Below, one piece after another: positions 28,615-39,195 of a DNA stretch of 64,000 nt. A program made the translations under genes and the position numbers. Every line of letters starts with the position of its first letter. The first letter of the stretch is position 1. The notes below the pieces were generated by a model. The model searched no databases, was not told the DNA's origin, and saw only the letters and a program-made list of their open reading frames with translations. Origin of the DNA: a virus; the IMG/VR virus record IMGVR_UViG_3300037483_000594, positions 1 to 64,000 of that record; one strand, given 5' to 3'.

Positions 28615-29037
28615 ATGGATTTTGAAGACGCAGTGGATTGGGCAGAACCCTCCAACATGCGCACGCAAGAGTACGTAGACCTGATAGACCAACGCCTTGA
28701 GGAGTTTGCACGCCTACCGCGCAGTGACGTGGTGGACCAGTGGTTTACCTACCTCGCTCTCCGGGAGGTTCTCTCCGGACTTCAGAGCATCAAGACGGAG
28801 CTGACCCCACCAGTCTCTGCCCAGAGCGTCGAAACCGAACAGTGGATCACCGACGCCACCAACAGGCTCGTCGACTTGTGGCGCGTGGGCCTCAACGAAG
28901 CCGTTTACCAGAAGTTGGTCTTGATGCCCCCTGGGGTCGCCGCTGCTGTAGCGGCTGGAGTCAGCCACTTACTGGGAAGTCAACAGGCACTTGCGTTCTT
29001 TTTCGGTATAAGACGGGGAGCTTCGCTAGGTAGGTAG
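28615..29037 (+). CDS. Hypothetical protein
   Basis: GAGGAG RBS; C-terminus similar to the next gene. Confidence 0.7.
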   Translation: MDFEDAVDWAEPSNMRTQEYVDLIDQRLEEFARLPRSDVVDQWFTYLALREVLSGLQSIKTELTPPVSAQSVETEQWITDATNRLVDLWRVGLNEAVYQKLVLMPPGVAAAVAAGVSHLLGSQQALAFFFGIRRGASLGR

Positions 29038-29038
29038 G

Positions 29039-29413
29039 ATGGAATACAAACACACACTGGCAGTGCTGCGGGTGATCTCTATCACGAACCAGGAGAAGGA
29101 CTGTAGCACCGCTGCCGCCCTTATCAAGACCGGGTGGTGGCCTACAGAGTACGAAACCGTGGGTACCGAGGTGTCCTTGGTCAGCACGGAGTCTGACGAC
29201 ACGCTGAAGGTGCCCAAGGGCTGCGCTGAACGCGAGGAGTGGATCAGCAACACCGTGGAGTGCTTGGCTGCGGCGTGGCGAGATGGAAACCGGGGCTACG
29301 TGCACGAAGAGCTGATGCGTATGCCTGGGGCAGTGGCCGTGGCTGTGACCGCCGGACTTGGAGCACTTCTCACCGACAGGGCTTTCTACTCGGGCATGAT
29401 GGAGAGAGCATAG
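29039..29413 (+). CDS. Hypothetical protein
   Basis: EWI...L...WR.G...L..MP...A.AV.AG shared with the previous gene. Confidence 0.7.
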   Translation: MEYKHTLAVLRVISITNQEKDCSTAAALIKTGWWPTEYETVGTEVSLVSTESDDTLKVPKGCAEREEWISNTVECLAAAWRDGNRGYVHEELMRMPGAVAVAVTAGLGALLTDRAFYSGMMERA

Positions 29414-29429
29414 CCGCCGGAGGTCGGGC

Positions 29430-30149
29430 ATGAACAGTGACGAAGAAGAAGCGTTGATCTTGTCCGGAAAGAACGACGAAATCAACCGAGAGTTTGCAAA
29501 CAAGCCAAGGAGCATCGCTGGCACTCTCCGGTACCAGGCGGCTCTTATGAGGATCATGAAAAAGGTCCAAGTTGAAGGAGAGAGCACGACTTATAGTCTC
29601 GGCGGCGGGAGTGGCTACGGCTGTGAGGGGTGGACAAAAGGCGAGGTCGTCGCATCGTCGGAGAGACTCCGCGCGCAGGGGTACCCTGAGTACCTGTTCG
29701 TGCTGAGCGCGTCCAGCCGCTATATCCGGGAGGACGGCCTGTCCTTCGGGGTCGGAGACGAGAGCGGTCGTGTCTACTCGGCGACTTGCCGTGAGGCGAC
29801 CGCTGAAGAGGCAGCCCCCCTCGTCGCACAGCTTGCGGCCCTGGAGGCCAGGAGGGCCGCGAAGCACCGTCTCCGCGAGCTGGCCCAGCAGGTCCAGGCC
29901 AAGGGCGAGTGCCCGGCTGGGGACCATGTGCTCGAGGGAGAACGCCTCTTCAACAACCAAACGCTCTACGGGGGAGGTGACTGGTGGGTCGTGACCTCCG
30001 ACGCCATCTGGTACGTCCAGAACAACGGTGCGGACGGGGACGACTGGTCGCGTAACAACGTCCAGACCGGCGGCGCCGGAGCCATCGGCTGGCGTGTGCC
30101 TCGGACAGCCGAACTTGAGGACGAGCTTCGCGCACTGGCCTCGGCATGA
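29430..30149 (+). CDS. Phage hypothetical protein
   Basis: YGGGDWW...IWYVQNNGADGDDWSRNNVQTGGAGAIGWRVP. Confidence 0.75.
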   Translation: MNSDEEEALILSGKNDEINREFANKPRSIAGTLRYQAALMRIMKKVQVEGESTTYSLGGGSGYGCEGWTKGEVVASSERLRAQGYPEYLFVLSASSRYIREDGLSFGVGDESGRVYSATCREATAEEAAPLVAQLAALEARRAAKHRLRELAQQVQAKGECPAGDHVLEGERLFNNQTLYGGGDWWVVTSDAIWYVQNNGADGDDWSRNNVQTGGAGAIGWRVPRTAELEDELRALASA

Positions 30150-30362
30150 CCTGGGAAGACATCGAGGCCTTGGCTTGGACAGACCCGATCGTATCCGCCT
30201 GTCTCCGACTCGACGCCCCCCGGGAAGAGCTGTTGTGCAGGATGGTGGTGGAGCTGTCCCGAGAGAAAGAACGGCTGCTGGAGGCGCTCGTCACTCGAGA
30301 AACCCTCCGAATCCCTGTAATCATAATAGGCAAGTGACGGTTGCCCGGCTACGGAGGATGTC

Positions 30363-30653
30363 ATGTCCTTGTGGAGAGTACGAGACGTTTTGAACGAAGA
30401 CTGGGAGGACACGAGGGCCTATGACGGCTTTGACGAGGAAGATGCCGTCCTTGAGTGGGCCAAGAAGGAGAACGCTGACGAGGGGTACGTCGTGCTAAGC
30501 GGCCCCATCGACGTTGAGGTGATGAGTGAGGACGCTTGGCAGCAAATGACCCAGTCCGAACTCGCTGCTGCCGACTGCCCTCACAAGCGATTTTCCGTCT
30601 GGGGCGAGATGGAGCCCGTGTTCCGGGCTCGGGAGGAGCTGTGCGCTGTCTGA
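30363..30653 (+). CDS. Acidic hypothetical protein (WRV...W...EDA..WA domain)
   Basis: GGAGG RBS. Confidence 0.7.
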   Translation: MSLWRVRDVLNEDWEDTRAYDGFDEEDAVLEWAKKENADEGYVVLSGPIDVEVMSEDAWQQMTQSELAAADCPHKRFSVWGEMEPVFRAREELCAV

Positions 30654-30913
30654 GGTGCGGCTACTGCTGTACCAAGCTCGTTGCAGTCATTGTCATTGAC
30701 CCAGATGCCCCGGAGGTTTTCGCAAAAGAGAACCTCCGGGGCATCAACATGCTGGAGGAGCGGTGCCCCCACCTACGCGGTGACAAGCCCGGCGAGTACT
30801 CGTGTGCTGTCCATGACCGCACCTGGTTCTCCGAGACACCGTGCGCCGAGTATCAAAGCCACTGGCCAACGCGCGTGTGCGGGATGGGCAGCTTCTCGCT
30901 AGGAAAAACATGA
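30641..30913 (+). CDS. YkgJ/CxxCxxCC-family cysteine-cluster protein
   Basis: CLRCGYCC, CPHL, CAVHDR, CAEY. Confidence 0.8.
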   Translation: MRCLRCGYCCTKLVAVIVIDPDAPEVFAKENLRGINMLEERCPHLRGDKPGEYSCAVHDRTWFSETPCAEYQSHWPTRVCGMGSFSLGKT

Positions 30914-31278
30914 GACCAAAGGTAGCTCCTCTGAAAAAGATTGTAGAAAACGTTGGGAAAAGTTGGGGGGGCGGGTTTACTGCTCTCCTCGAGTGCGGCC
31001 ACAAAGCGCATGTCTCATCGGCTCGGCAGCTAAGGGTAAGGTGCAGCACATGCCTGCGGGAAGCGTTGCAGGCCTGGGGTGACGCCCACCGCTGCCCTCA
31101 TGGGATCGTGAGCGAGCACCCTGGTGAGCGCTGCGAGAGGTGCACGATCAATATACTAGAGGCGAAGGTCGCCCGTTACCGTGCTGCGCTCGAGGAGATC
31201 GCCAACCTTGGATTTGGCCTGGGCGCTGAGATGGCCGACAAGGCTCTGAGGGGCGACGAACAAACCGTTCTGATCTAG
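30910..31278 (+). CDS. CGH...CxxC zinc-finger protein
   Basis: Paralogue of 21969-22322 (YRxALEEIAN). Confidence 0.7.
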   Translation: MRPKVAPLKKIVENVGKSWGGGFTALLECGHKAHVSSARQLRVRCSTCLREALQAWGDAHRCPHGIVSEHPGERCERCTINILEAKVARYRAALEEIANLGFGLGAEMADKALRGDEQTVLI

Positions 31279-31285
31279 CGGCACG

Positions 31286-31792
31286 ATGACAAGCGAGGGT
31301 GTTTTGCCAGAATTTACACACGCCGACCTCGTGCGGGCAGCGGTGAAATGGCTGCTGAACCACAAAGGGTGCCTGCTGGCGGTCTCCGAGCTGTCGTCTA
31401 TGACGTCCGAGACTCCCGATGCTATGGGGTGGCAAGGCAACGGTGCCTCGTTCCTCGTAGAGTGCAAGGCCTCCCGAGCCGACTTTCGCGCCGATTTCAA
31501 AAAGCCCTACAGAGACGAGCAGTTCGCGGAGCTGCACCTCGGAGAGGAACGCTACTACCTCGTCCCGGCCAAACTGGTCTCTCCGGAAGAGGTCCCTGAC
31601 AAGTGGGGTCTGCTCTGGGCCTACAAGGGCATGGTCAAGGTCAAAAAGGACCCCGTGCGCATACCCCTGGGCGCAGGCTACACGAAAGAGCGGAGGATGC
31701 TCATCTCTATCGCTGCAAGGACACGGCGAGCACTTCAACTTGTGAAAAACATCGAGATACCGGAGGGGCAGGAGGACGCTTGGAAACAGTAA
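31286..31792 (+). CDS. MmcB-like PD-(D/E)xK nuclease
   Basis: ETPDAMGW...VECKASRADFRAD...WGLL. Confidence 0.8.
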   Translation: MTSEGVLPEFTHADLVRAAVKWLLNHKGCLLAVSELSSMTSETPDAMGWQGNGASFLVECKASRADFRADFKKPYRDEQFAELHLGEERYYLVPAKLVSPEEVPDKWGLLWAYKGMVKVKKDPVRIPLGAGYTKERRMLISIAARTRRALQLVKNIEIPEGQEDAWKQ

Positions 31793-32054
31793 CGTCGTGG
31801 GTCACTTTGATGAGGCTTGCCAGAACCTGTGGTCAGGCGGAGCAGCAGTTTAAAAAAACAGGGGTGCTGGCTGACCGTTCCGCTTTTGAAAAGGCGGAGA
31901 CTGAGTGGCAGCAGTATCAGCAGCTCTGCAAGAACGCCGACAGGCTTTCCCTGCACATACCCATCGGAGCACTTTACCAACGGTAGCCAACAACCCACCG
32001 TTGGTTCTCTCTGCAGTTCTGGGGTTCCCTGGTAGCACGCTAGGAGGTAGCGAG

Positions 32055-33719
32055 GTGCGAGTTGATCAAAGGATGAATCAGTGCAATTGCGGGGCGTATC
32101 GGCTCGAAAAATTCGACGGATTCGCGTGGGTATGGGCCGCCGGGTGCCGGGCGTGCGACCGTATCCAGGAGTTGGAGGAGAGGCACGCAGCTCACCTGGC
32201 GGAGATCGTCGACGACATGGAGATCTACATGTCGGCTGTCCACGACGTAGCGGACAGAGACACGCCCGAGATAGAGGACCTAAAGCTTCACCACTCGCTA
32301 CGTCGGGTTCTTCAGGGTGTAACAGTAGAGCAGTGGCGGGATCGGGCTCTCCGCGCAAACTACGAGCACTTGCTTCTCAGAGGGATGAAGGAGCTGGAGG
32401 TGAACGCACCTCAGGAGCACTCGTGGGAGTGGTTTTTGGAGGAGCGCTCTCTTGCGGAGATCGAAGAGTGCCGTGTCCTGCTCCAAGGCCACACGGACAA
32501 CTATCTGTACGAGGCGCGGCACCGTCGAGTGCTGCACTCAAGGATGACAGCCGACGATGGTGCACTCTACGGCAACCAGATCACTGTAGAGGCCTTCACC
32601 GGCTCTCGGTGGGTCACGGTCAAGCAGTACGAGGCAAAATGACAGAGCGTTGGGAAAGGTTCACCGCGGAGGAGTGGGCGGCCTTGGCGAAGGGAGCACT
32701 GCGCGTTGCTCTCGCGGAAGGGCTCTCCCTGGATTTGTGGGAGGCGTACTGTACAAACGCTGGGGCGCGATACGCCCAAAGCTCCGATGCGACAGAGGCA
32801 ATGTGTGCTGTTCCGTACCTCGTGGCCGGGCGTGCCACTGACCAGCTCGCGCAGCTCGTCAACAAGTTTCCGGAGAAGCACGACGAGATCTTGACGGAGT
32901 CGCTCTTCGCCTACGACAGGTCCTGGGGGGTCGCAGCGCTGAAGAACGTGCTCCGGAAGCCACACAATGAATGGAACTACCCACACTTTTTGACGTACAG
33001 GAGACTTGTGAACGAGGGTGTACTTCAGGAGACCGCGGAGTTGAAAGAGCAGCATCTTTACCAACTCGCATGTGTGGAGGCGCCATGAAATTTGACGTGT
33101 ACGGAGTCGTCACCGGCACAAAGTACATCGGACAGTTTGAAGCCGCGACGGCAGAAAAGGCCTTGGAGGCAGCGACTGCTCGTGCGGGTGTCAACCTGTG
33201 TCACCGCTGTTCTTCCGAGTGCTTAGACCCAGAGGTGTCCGAAATGTTCGCGGAGGAGATCGAGGATGCCGGACAAGGCGAAGCTAGTGAACCTACGGGC
33301 GAAGGGGGCCCGGTGGGTTGAGTCGTGTGCAACTTGCGCCCATGCCGGGCTCTCCGGACCGTGGGGGGTGTGTTCTCACCCTGGGCATCAGTACCGGCAC
33401 AGGAAGCACGGAACGCGGCCAGGCCCTGCCTGCGTAGCCATGGTTTGCGACGACTGGGAGCGACGGAGTCCTGACATCAGAGGCGTGTACGCCACGCTAC
33501 TTTTGGAGAAGTGACATGTACGAACGTAGGTCTTGGGAAGAGTTCATTGACGCCGGGGTGCTGTGGTTCGTAAACCGCATCCTGCATGTGTTCGGGTGGG
33601 TCATTGTTGTCGAGGGCGACAACGCATGGCCTGCGCGAACTACCGTACTCGGTTTCACCCAAGCACACGATGAGAAAGCATCCACTGCGTTCATCAAAGG
33701 CGTAAAATGTACAAAGTAG
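32055..33719 (+). CDS. Five coupled hypothetical genes (32055-32642, 32639-33088, 33085-33321, 33266-33514, 33516-33719)
   Basis: Overlapping ORFs with RBSs; several are Cys-rich. Confidence 0.55.
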
Positions 33720-34285
33720 ACGTCCCGCCGTTCTCGGAGGAAGGGGTGGTGGTCGAGAAGTTTGAGATCTCTCCCGCCGACGCTGCCTTCTACAACATAA
33801 ACTGCCATGGGCGCCCTGTGTCCCCAGGGCAGCACACCCGTCTTGTGATAAACGGGCGCGTGTGGATGTCCGACACCGACGCGGAGATGCGCGAACATCG
33901 GACACTCTTCTGGGCTGTAGAGACAGTTGTGGCTCTTCGTGGAGAAGCACGTGTGCTGCTGAACGGGTTGGGGCTCGGCATGGCCCTTCATGGCTGTTTT
34001 CAAAACGGGGCCACGCACGTCACCGCGGTAGAGAAGCACCCTGTGATTGCAGAAAGGATAGGAGGGTACTGGTCCGAGGTCTACGGAGACAAGCTCACGG
34101 TCCATTGTGCTGACGCTTTCGAGTGGAACCCCCCCAAAGGGACGCGTTACCACATGGTGTGGCACGACATCTGGCAGTCGCTGTGCGGAGACAACCTGAA
34201 GGAGATGGAGAGACTGCACCGCAAGTACGGAAGACGCACAGAGTGGCAGCAGTCCTGGGGAAGGCAGGAGCTAAAACGACGATGA
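33707..34285 (+). CDS. Class I SAM-dependent methyltransferase (spermidine-synthase-like)
   Basis: WMSDT, VLLNGLGLG, VTAVEK, ADAFEW, WHDIW. Confidence 0.8.
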   Translation: MYKVDVPPFSEEGVVVEKFEISPADAAFYNINCHGRPVSPGQHTRLVINGRVWMSDTDAEMREHRTLFWAVETVVALRGEARVLLNGLGLGMALHGCFQNGATHVTAVEKHPVIAERIGGYWSEVYGDKLTVHCADAFEWNPPKGTRYHMVWHDIWQSLCGDNLKEMERLHRKYGRRTEWQQSWGRQELKRR

Positions 34286-34533
34286 CACCTCAAGAACGAG
34301 ATCTTGTGGTTCGGCTCGAGACCTTGCACGAGCAGCTAAAGAAGAGGCCGCAAGACCTGGAGCTGCTGCAACAGCTCAACAAGCAGGTCGGAAAGGTTCT
34401 CCGCATGACTTGGGCGCAGAGCGTGGTGCGCGGCTACTGCGACGGAGAGTCCCCTCTCGTCTAGCAGCGTTCACCTGGTTGACTTTTGGGACTTCACCTT
34501 TCTACCCGGTGGTCAAAGCGAAGGCGGAACGAG

Positions 34534-34875
34534 ATGACCGAAAGACACGACACCCTTCGAGAGATCTATGACCTTGTCCGTGGCGGCCACGTGCTCCGTT
34601 GGGGGCTCAGTGACATCGAGCGTGAGCTCTCAACGCTCATCGACGAGGCGCCAGAAAACGATGTTCGTTTGGTCGAGGTGGATCGCGCCGTGGACATTGT
34701 GCAGAAGACGCGCGCGACACTCTCGGAGCTATTCGATGAGCACTTTTCCAAGAGAGGTGACGTAGAAGATGAAAAGGAGCTACGTTTTCTGTGCCGTGTG
34801 CTTCTAGCGCATATCGATGGCATCGCGGCTGAGATTAAAAAGCTCACCAAGGAGACCACTGATGGAGCAGCATAA
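34534..34875 (+). CDS. Hypothetical protein
   Basis: C-terminus (HIDGIAAEIKKL) similar to the C-terminus of the next gene. Confidence 0.65.
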   Translation: MTERHDTLREIYDLVRGGHVLRWGLSDIERELSTLIDEAPENDVRLVEVDRAVDIVQKTRATLSELFDEHFSKRGDVEDEKELRFLCRVLLAHIDGIAAEIKKLTKETTDGAA

Positions 34876-35467
34876 GTTGGAGCGAGTATACACAGACAAA
34901 AATGGATATGAGGTTGGAGTTTCCACCGAATACCGCGCTGGTATAGGTATCGCCTACTGCTCACTTCGTAAATTGGAAAACGAGTTTAAAAAGGTCCGTA
35001 GCCCTCGCCTTCCGTATCGCCAAAGCCTGGATCAGGCACTGGTTGATCTAGACCTCTATGCTACTCATATGGGATGGAAGAGAAAGTACACTGGCTCTGA
35101 GGCACCGACGACAGAGCAAGAAGCACCGGTCAAGCCACCAGGCATCGACGAGAGGCCTGCGTTCACTCCCCCAATCGGATTTTTTCGTCGTTTGATCATG
35201 GAAGCCCAAACAACGACAGATTCGGAAGCACAGGACAACGAGCCAAACCACGACGAGAAGCCCGAGTTCACGCCTCGCGTCGAGGCCCTGAATCAGGTCC
35301 TCGACGTCCTTGAGAAGAACCGCCGAGAACGGGAGTCAATGCTCCAGAAGGCACTGGAGGGTACGTCTGTGCTCACGCAGACCTTCTTCAAATGCTCCGA
35401 CTACATGATCCAGAAGCACATGGACGCGATCGCGGATGAAATCCACAAACTCATCAAAAACCAATGA
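34862..35467 (+). CDS. Hypothetical protein
   Basis: AAGGAG RBS; internal DE(R/K)PxFTP repeat; ends HMDAIADEIHKL. Confidence 0.65.
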   Translation: MEQHKLERVYTDKNGYEVGVSTEYRAGIGIAYCSLRKLENEFKKVRSPRLPYRQSLDQALVDLDLYATHMGWKRKYTGSEAPTTEQEAPVKPPGIDERPAFTPPIGFFRRLIMEAQTTTDSEAQDNEPNHDEKPEFTPRVEALNQVLDVLEKNRRERESMLQKALEGTSVLTQTFFKCSDYMIQKHMDAIADEIHKLIKNQ

Positions 35468-36210
35468 ACAAGATCATCTACGACGACTGCCTCTTCGCAC
35501 TTCGAGACATTCCCGATGAATCGGTTGACCTGGTCTACATCGACCCTCCGTTCAACACCGGGAAGGTTCAACGGCTTGGAGGGCACGAGTTCCAGGACTC
35601 CTTCGACAACTATGGCCGGTATCTGCAAGTCCGCCTCGAAGAGCTGCATCGGGTGCTCAAGAAGACCGGGTCACTGTTCTTCCACATTGACTACCGCGAG
35701 GCCCCTCGTTGCCGAATGCTTCTCGACGAGATCTTCGGGGTCGACTGCCTTCAAAACGAGATCATCTGGTCCTACGATTTTGGCGGGCGAGGAAAGCGGC
35801 GTTGGCCCGCCAAACACGACAACATCTATTGGTACTCGAAGAACCCGAAGAACTACACCTTCAACTACGGCGAGATCGACCGAGTGCCGTACCTGGCGCC
35901 AGGGCTCTGCGGCCCTGAGAAGGCTGCGAGGGGCAAGACCCCCACTGATGTGTGGTGGCAGACGATCGTTCCTACAGGAGGCAAGGAACGCACGGGCTAC
36001 CCTACCCAGAAACCGCTTGCCATTCTCGAGCGAATCGTGAAGGTCCACTCGAACGTCGGCGACCGGTGCCTCGATGCCTTCGCCGGGAGTGGGACGTTCG
36101 GAGAGGCCGCTGCAAAACACGGTCGGTTGTTCACCATGGTGGACAACAACCCAGAAGCTGTGGCAGTGATGCAAAAACGGCTTGCGCCGTACTTGGGGAG
36201 ACATGACTGA
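35464..36210 (+). CDS. Beta-class N6-adenine/N4-cytosine DNA methyltransferase (orphan)
   Basis: VDLVYIDPPFN precedes YPTQKP and LDAFAGSGT. Confidence 0.93.
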   Translation: MNKIIYDDCLFALRDIPDESVDLVYIDPPFNTGKVQRLGGHEFQDSFDNYGRYLQVRLEELHRVLKKTGSLFFHIDYREAPRCRMLLDEIFGVDCLQNEIIWSYDFGGRGKRRWPAKHDNIYWYSKNPKNYTFNYGEIDRVPYLAPGLCGPEKAARGKTPTDVWWQTIVPTGGKERTGYPTQKPLAILERIVKVHSNVGDRCLDAFAGSGTFGEAAAKHGRLFTMVDNNPEAVAVMQKRLAPYLGRHD

Positions 36211-36850
36211 CGTCAACACTCTCGCACGCACGTACTTCGGGGTCACGCTCCCTGTACCCAGTGTGCGACTGAAGAGAGCGTACCATCAACAGTGCCTCAA
36301 GCTTCACCCGGACAGAGGTGGAGACGAGCAAGAGTTCAAAGAGATGCAGGCGGCCTACGCCACGATTACGAGCGGGCCGCTCTCCGCAGTGTTCGATGAC
36401 CCAGAGTACACCGAACCTGTGACCATCGACGGGGTGCCCCTGGCCCAGCTTGGGCTCGGGCTGCCCGGAAACGGCTACGAGTGCCCTGCGTGCGCGCACA
36501 AGGGCTACTTACCGCGTGTGCAACGTGATCCTGTACCTTGCCAACACTGCTCTGGGTACGGGGCGGAGCCCTTCCAACGGCAGTTCAAATGCGTGACCTG
36601 CTGCGGCACCGGAAAGAAAGGGGAGGTGACCTGCCGGTACTGCCACGGGTCCGGTGTGCTCAACGATCGCAACCCACTTTGGCCAGGCACCTGCCGTAGG
36701 TGCCACGGCGCCGGGGTCGTGCCTGGAGCCGAGAAGCTGGTGTACATTCGCTGTTTCAAATGCAACGGACACGGGGAACTCCCGACCTGGAACCCTGTGT
36801 TGCAAAAAACCGCTGTCGCGGGGAAGAAGGGGCACATTGGAAGAAAGTAA
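36203..36850 (+). CDS. DnaJ-like protein (J domain plus CxxCxGxG zinc fingers)
   Basis: LKRAYHQQCLKLHPDRGGD; six CxxCxxxG-type repeats. Confidence 0.88.
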   Translation: MTDVNTLARTYFGVTLPVPSVRLKRAYHQQCLKLHPDRGGDEQEFKEMQAAYATITSGPLSAVFDDPEYTEPVTIDGVPLAQLGLGLPGNGYECPACAHKGYLPRVQRDPVPCQHCSGYGAEPFQRQFKCVTCCGTGKKGEVTCRYCHGSGVLNDRNPLWPGTCRRCHGAGVVPGAEKLVYIRCFKCNGHGELPTWNPVLQKTAVAGKKGHIGRK

Positions 36851-37178
36851 ATTGGTTTACGTGGCCGGACCGATCACTCTTGGCGACCAAGCAAAAAACG
36901 TCGAGAAGGCGCTCCAGCTCGCCATCTACCTTCGGAAGCTCGGGTTCGTCCCAATCGTCCCGCACCTGTTCCACCTCGCCGACGCCATAGCGCCTCCCTC
37001 TCGAGAGTTCTGGCTCTCCTGGGACTTCGAGCTCATCAAACGCTGCGACGCGCTCGTCCGCCTTCCAGGAGAGTCAGCAGGGGCAGACGAGGAGGTCGCT
37101 CTGGCGAAGAGCCTGGGTATCCCGGTGTTCCTCGCAGAGGACCCAGGCCTGGTGGACAAGCTCCGGAGGCCCGGATGA
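36837..37178 (+). CDS. DUF4406 / nucleoside-deoxyribosyltransferase-like protein
   Basis: VYVAGPIT...RCDALVRLPGESAGADEE...GIPVF. Confidence 0.8.
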   Translation: MEESKLVYVAGPITLGDQAKNVEKALQLAIYLRKLGFVPIVPHLFHLADAIAPPSREFWLSWDFELIKRCDALVRLPGESAGADEEVALAKSLGIPVFLAEDPGLVDKLRRPG

Positions 37179-37693
37179 GCCTCGCTCGCAACCTCAGCAG
37201 GACACTCGGCGGGATCTGGACGTGGGATGGCCGAGGCTCGTGGTGGTGTGACGACGCCACCCGGCACGTCTCCAGGTGTTCGGCCGGTGTAGACGAGTTC
37301 GACAACGAGGTCGGCCTTCCACAGTACTGGCTCTATGGGGATGGGACCCCGCGACGCGCAGAAGGCTACGTGTTCGCGAAGAGTAAGCTCAAGCTTTGGC
37401 GCGTACGACACGTCGACGAAGGCTGGGACAACTCTTTGCTGTGCCTCGGGGCTCGCCCACAAGACGCTGCCGTGGTGTGGGCGAACGCCCGCCAGCAGCA
37501 GTGCATAGAACTCGCGCGCCATGCCCCGCAAGAGCTTCACGGGCGCTCTGTGAGCTATGGACCTGTTGTCGTGGTGCTTATGCTGGAGAGCGACTACCAA
37601 GCATACGTCGCTGACAAGAGCGTCGGGCGCCAGTATTTTAGAATCCAGGTCTATGGCGTAGCAGTTCCGAAGTTTTACGCGGAGTTTTGGTGA
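37175..37693 (+). CDS. Two-domain hypothetical protein
   Basis: ATGA overlap; C-terminal WRV domain like 30363-30653. Confidence 0.65.
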   Translation: MSLARNLSRTLGGIWTWDGRGSWWCDDATRHVSRCSAGVDEFDNEVGLPQYWLYGDGTPRRAEGYVFAKSKLKLWRVRHVDEGWDNSLLCLGARPQDAAVVWANARQQQCIELARHAPQELHGRSVSYGPVVVVLMLESDYQAYVADKSVGRQYFRIQVYGVAVPKFYAEFW

Positions 37694-38319
37694 TGAAAAT
37701 ACGGCGGGGCACGATACGAGCTATTGGGTTTGACACCCGCGACGGAGAGCCTCTTTTCTACGTCGACATAGAGACCCTGTCCGGGCGCGTGGAGCGTGTC
37801 AGCACCGTGGTCTCGGTGCTCGAGGGCATGGACATCGTCCGTGGGGTAACGAAGGAGTACCAGGCCGCTCTGGGCGAGGACAGAGATGTGGAGGTGTTCG
37901 TAGGCCATAAGTCGTTGATAAGCACGCTTGAGTACCCGGAAGGAACAAAAGCGGTGCATCTGCACCTCGATGGCTTCGCCAACACTCTCCGGGTGCTTGA
38001 CGCCTCGGTCACACGTATGGACACGACTCTTCGTGAGCTCCAGCTCGGCGAGAAGGCCGTCGCGCGACCTTTGAAATGGAGGGTGGTCCTGCATGGGGAC
38101 GCTTGGTGTGACGCGGCGCCCGTGGCTGCCAACACAGAGGAAGAGGCTGTGCTGCTGTTCGCGCAGGAGGCGCGTGGTTTCGGGCAGCTTCTCCTCGATG
38201 TTGTGTCTGAGTTCCGATACAACGCAAAAAACATTGGTGATGACTACGGCACGTACGAAGTCACATTCAGCGAGGTCACACCGCCGGTCATGAAGACCCT
38301 TGTGCGGAAGGTAGGATAA
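37690..38319 (+). CDS. Two-domain hypothetical protein
   Basis: C-terminal WRV...W...EEAV domain. Confidence 0.65.
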   Translation: MMKIRRGTIRAIGFDTRDGEPLFYVDIETLSGRVERVSTVVSVLEGMDIVRGVTKEYQAALGEDRDVEVFVGHKSLISTLEYPEGTKAVHLHLDGFANTLRVLDASVTRMDTTLRELQLGEKAVARPLKWRVVLHGDAWCDAAPVAANTEEEAVLLFAQEARGFGQLLLDVVSEFRYNAKNIGDDYGTYEVTFSEVTPPVMKTLVRKVG

Positions 38320-39195
38320 TGGCTGCCGTCGACAAGTTTCACAGCCTGGGAGCCGGTGCCGTGGAGCGGATACAGGATGGGTACCTGCGTAACTACTTCA
38401 CCGTGGAGGAAGAGGAGGAGCTTGTACAGTGCGGTGTCCTGGAGAGGTGCGACTGCTCTCCGCTTCTCCCGGGTGGAGTGCGTGTCAAGGTGTTACCACG
38501 GGAGGTGGCAATGAGCACAGTAGCAAACTTCAGGGTGCCGGTCGCCGCGAAGCGCAAGCTTTTGCAGACCGAAGAAGAGGCACGCGAGTTCACAGGGTAC
38601 GCTGTGGTGCAACCGCTCGAGCCCACGTTGGCACACGTGAGTGCCGAGGTGGTCGTGACCACCAACAAGGTGATGCCCGGAACGAACGTGCACCTTATCG
38701 ACCAGACAGTGACCTTGGAGCCCGTCGGACTCGTGCGCCTTGCCGACGCACCAACCAACACCTGGGAGACCATGGTGCAGTTTGCACTTCGGTACCTGTA
38801 CGACAGCTCCCAGGCATCCATGTCTGCCGCGGTAGGTGTGCTCCTACGGTGGGGGGTAGAGGACGACGCGTTCTCCGAGGACTTGGCAAAGTACTTGGAC
38901 GTCAAGGCATTCCAAAAGAATGAAACCAGTCCGTAGGTTCTTCCGGCGCGACTTCCCAGACACCAGGCACCACTTCCTGCTCGCAGACGAAGAGCTCTTC
39001 TGCGGAGACACCTGCTGCAACGGGCGTTGCGGGATGGCCAGGTTGGTGCGCGTCAACGACCAGGGGTTTGTGGAGACCGCGAACGCACTTCTCGGTGTAG
39101 AAACCGTGTGGTCCAGCGACCGCTGGGTCACCCAAGGATGGAAAGGGGCTGTGGTCGTCGTGTGGTACGACGGCTCAGAGCCGTACTGGGCATGA
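38319..39195 (+). CDS. Two hypothetical genes (38319-38936, 38920-39195)
   Basis: Coupled ORFs. Confidence 0.55.

Noticed and set aside
11200-32046. TAG(T/C)ACGCTAGGAG seen at about 11200 and 32032
   Set aside because: Only two copies, and much of the match is stop codon plus RBS; it may be chance.
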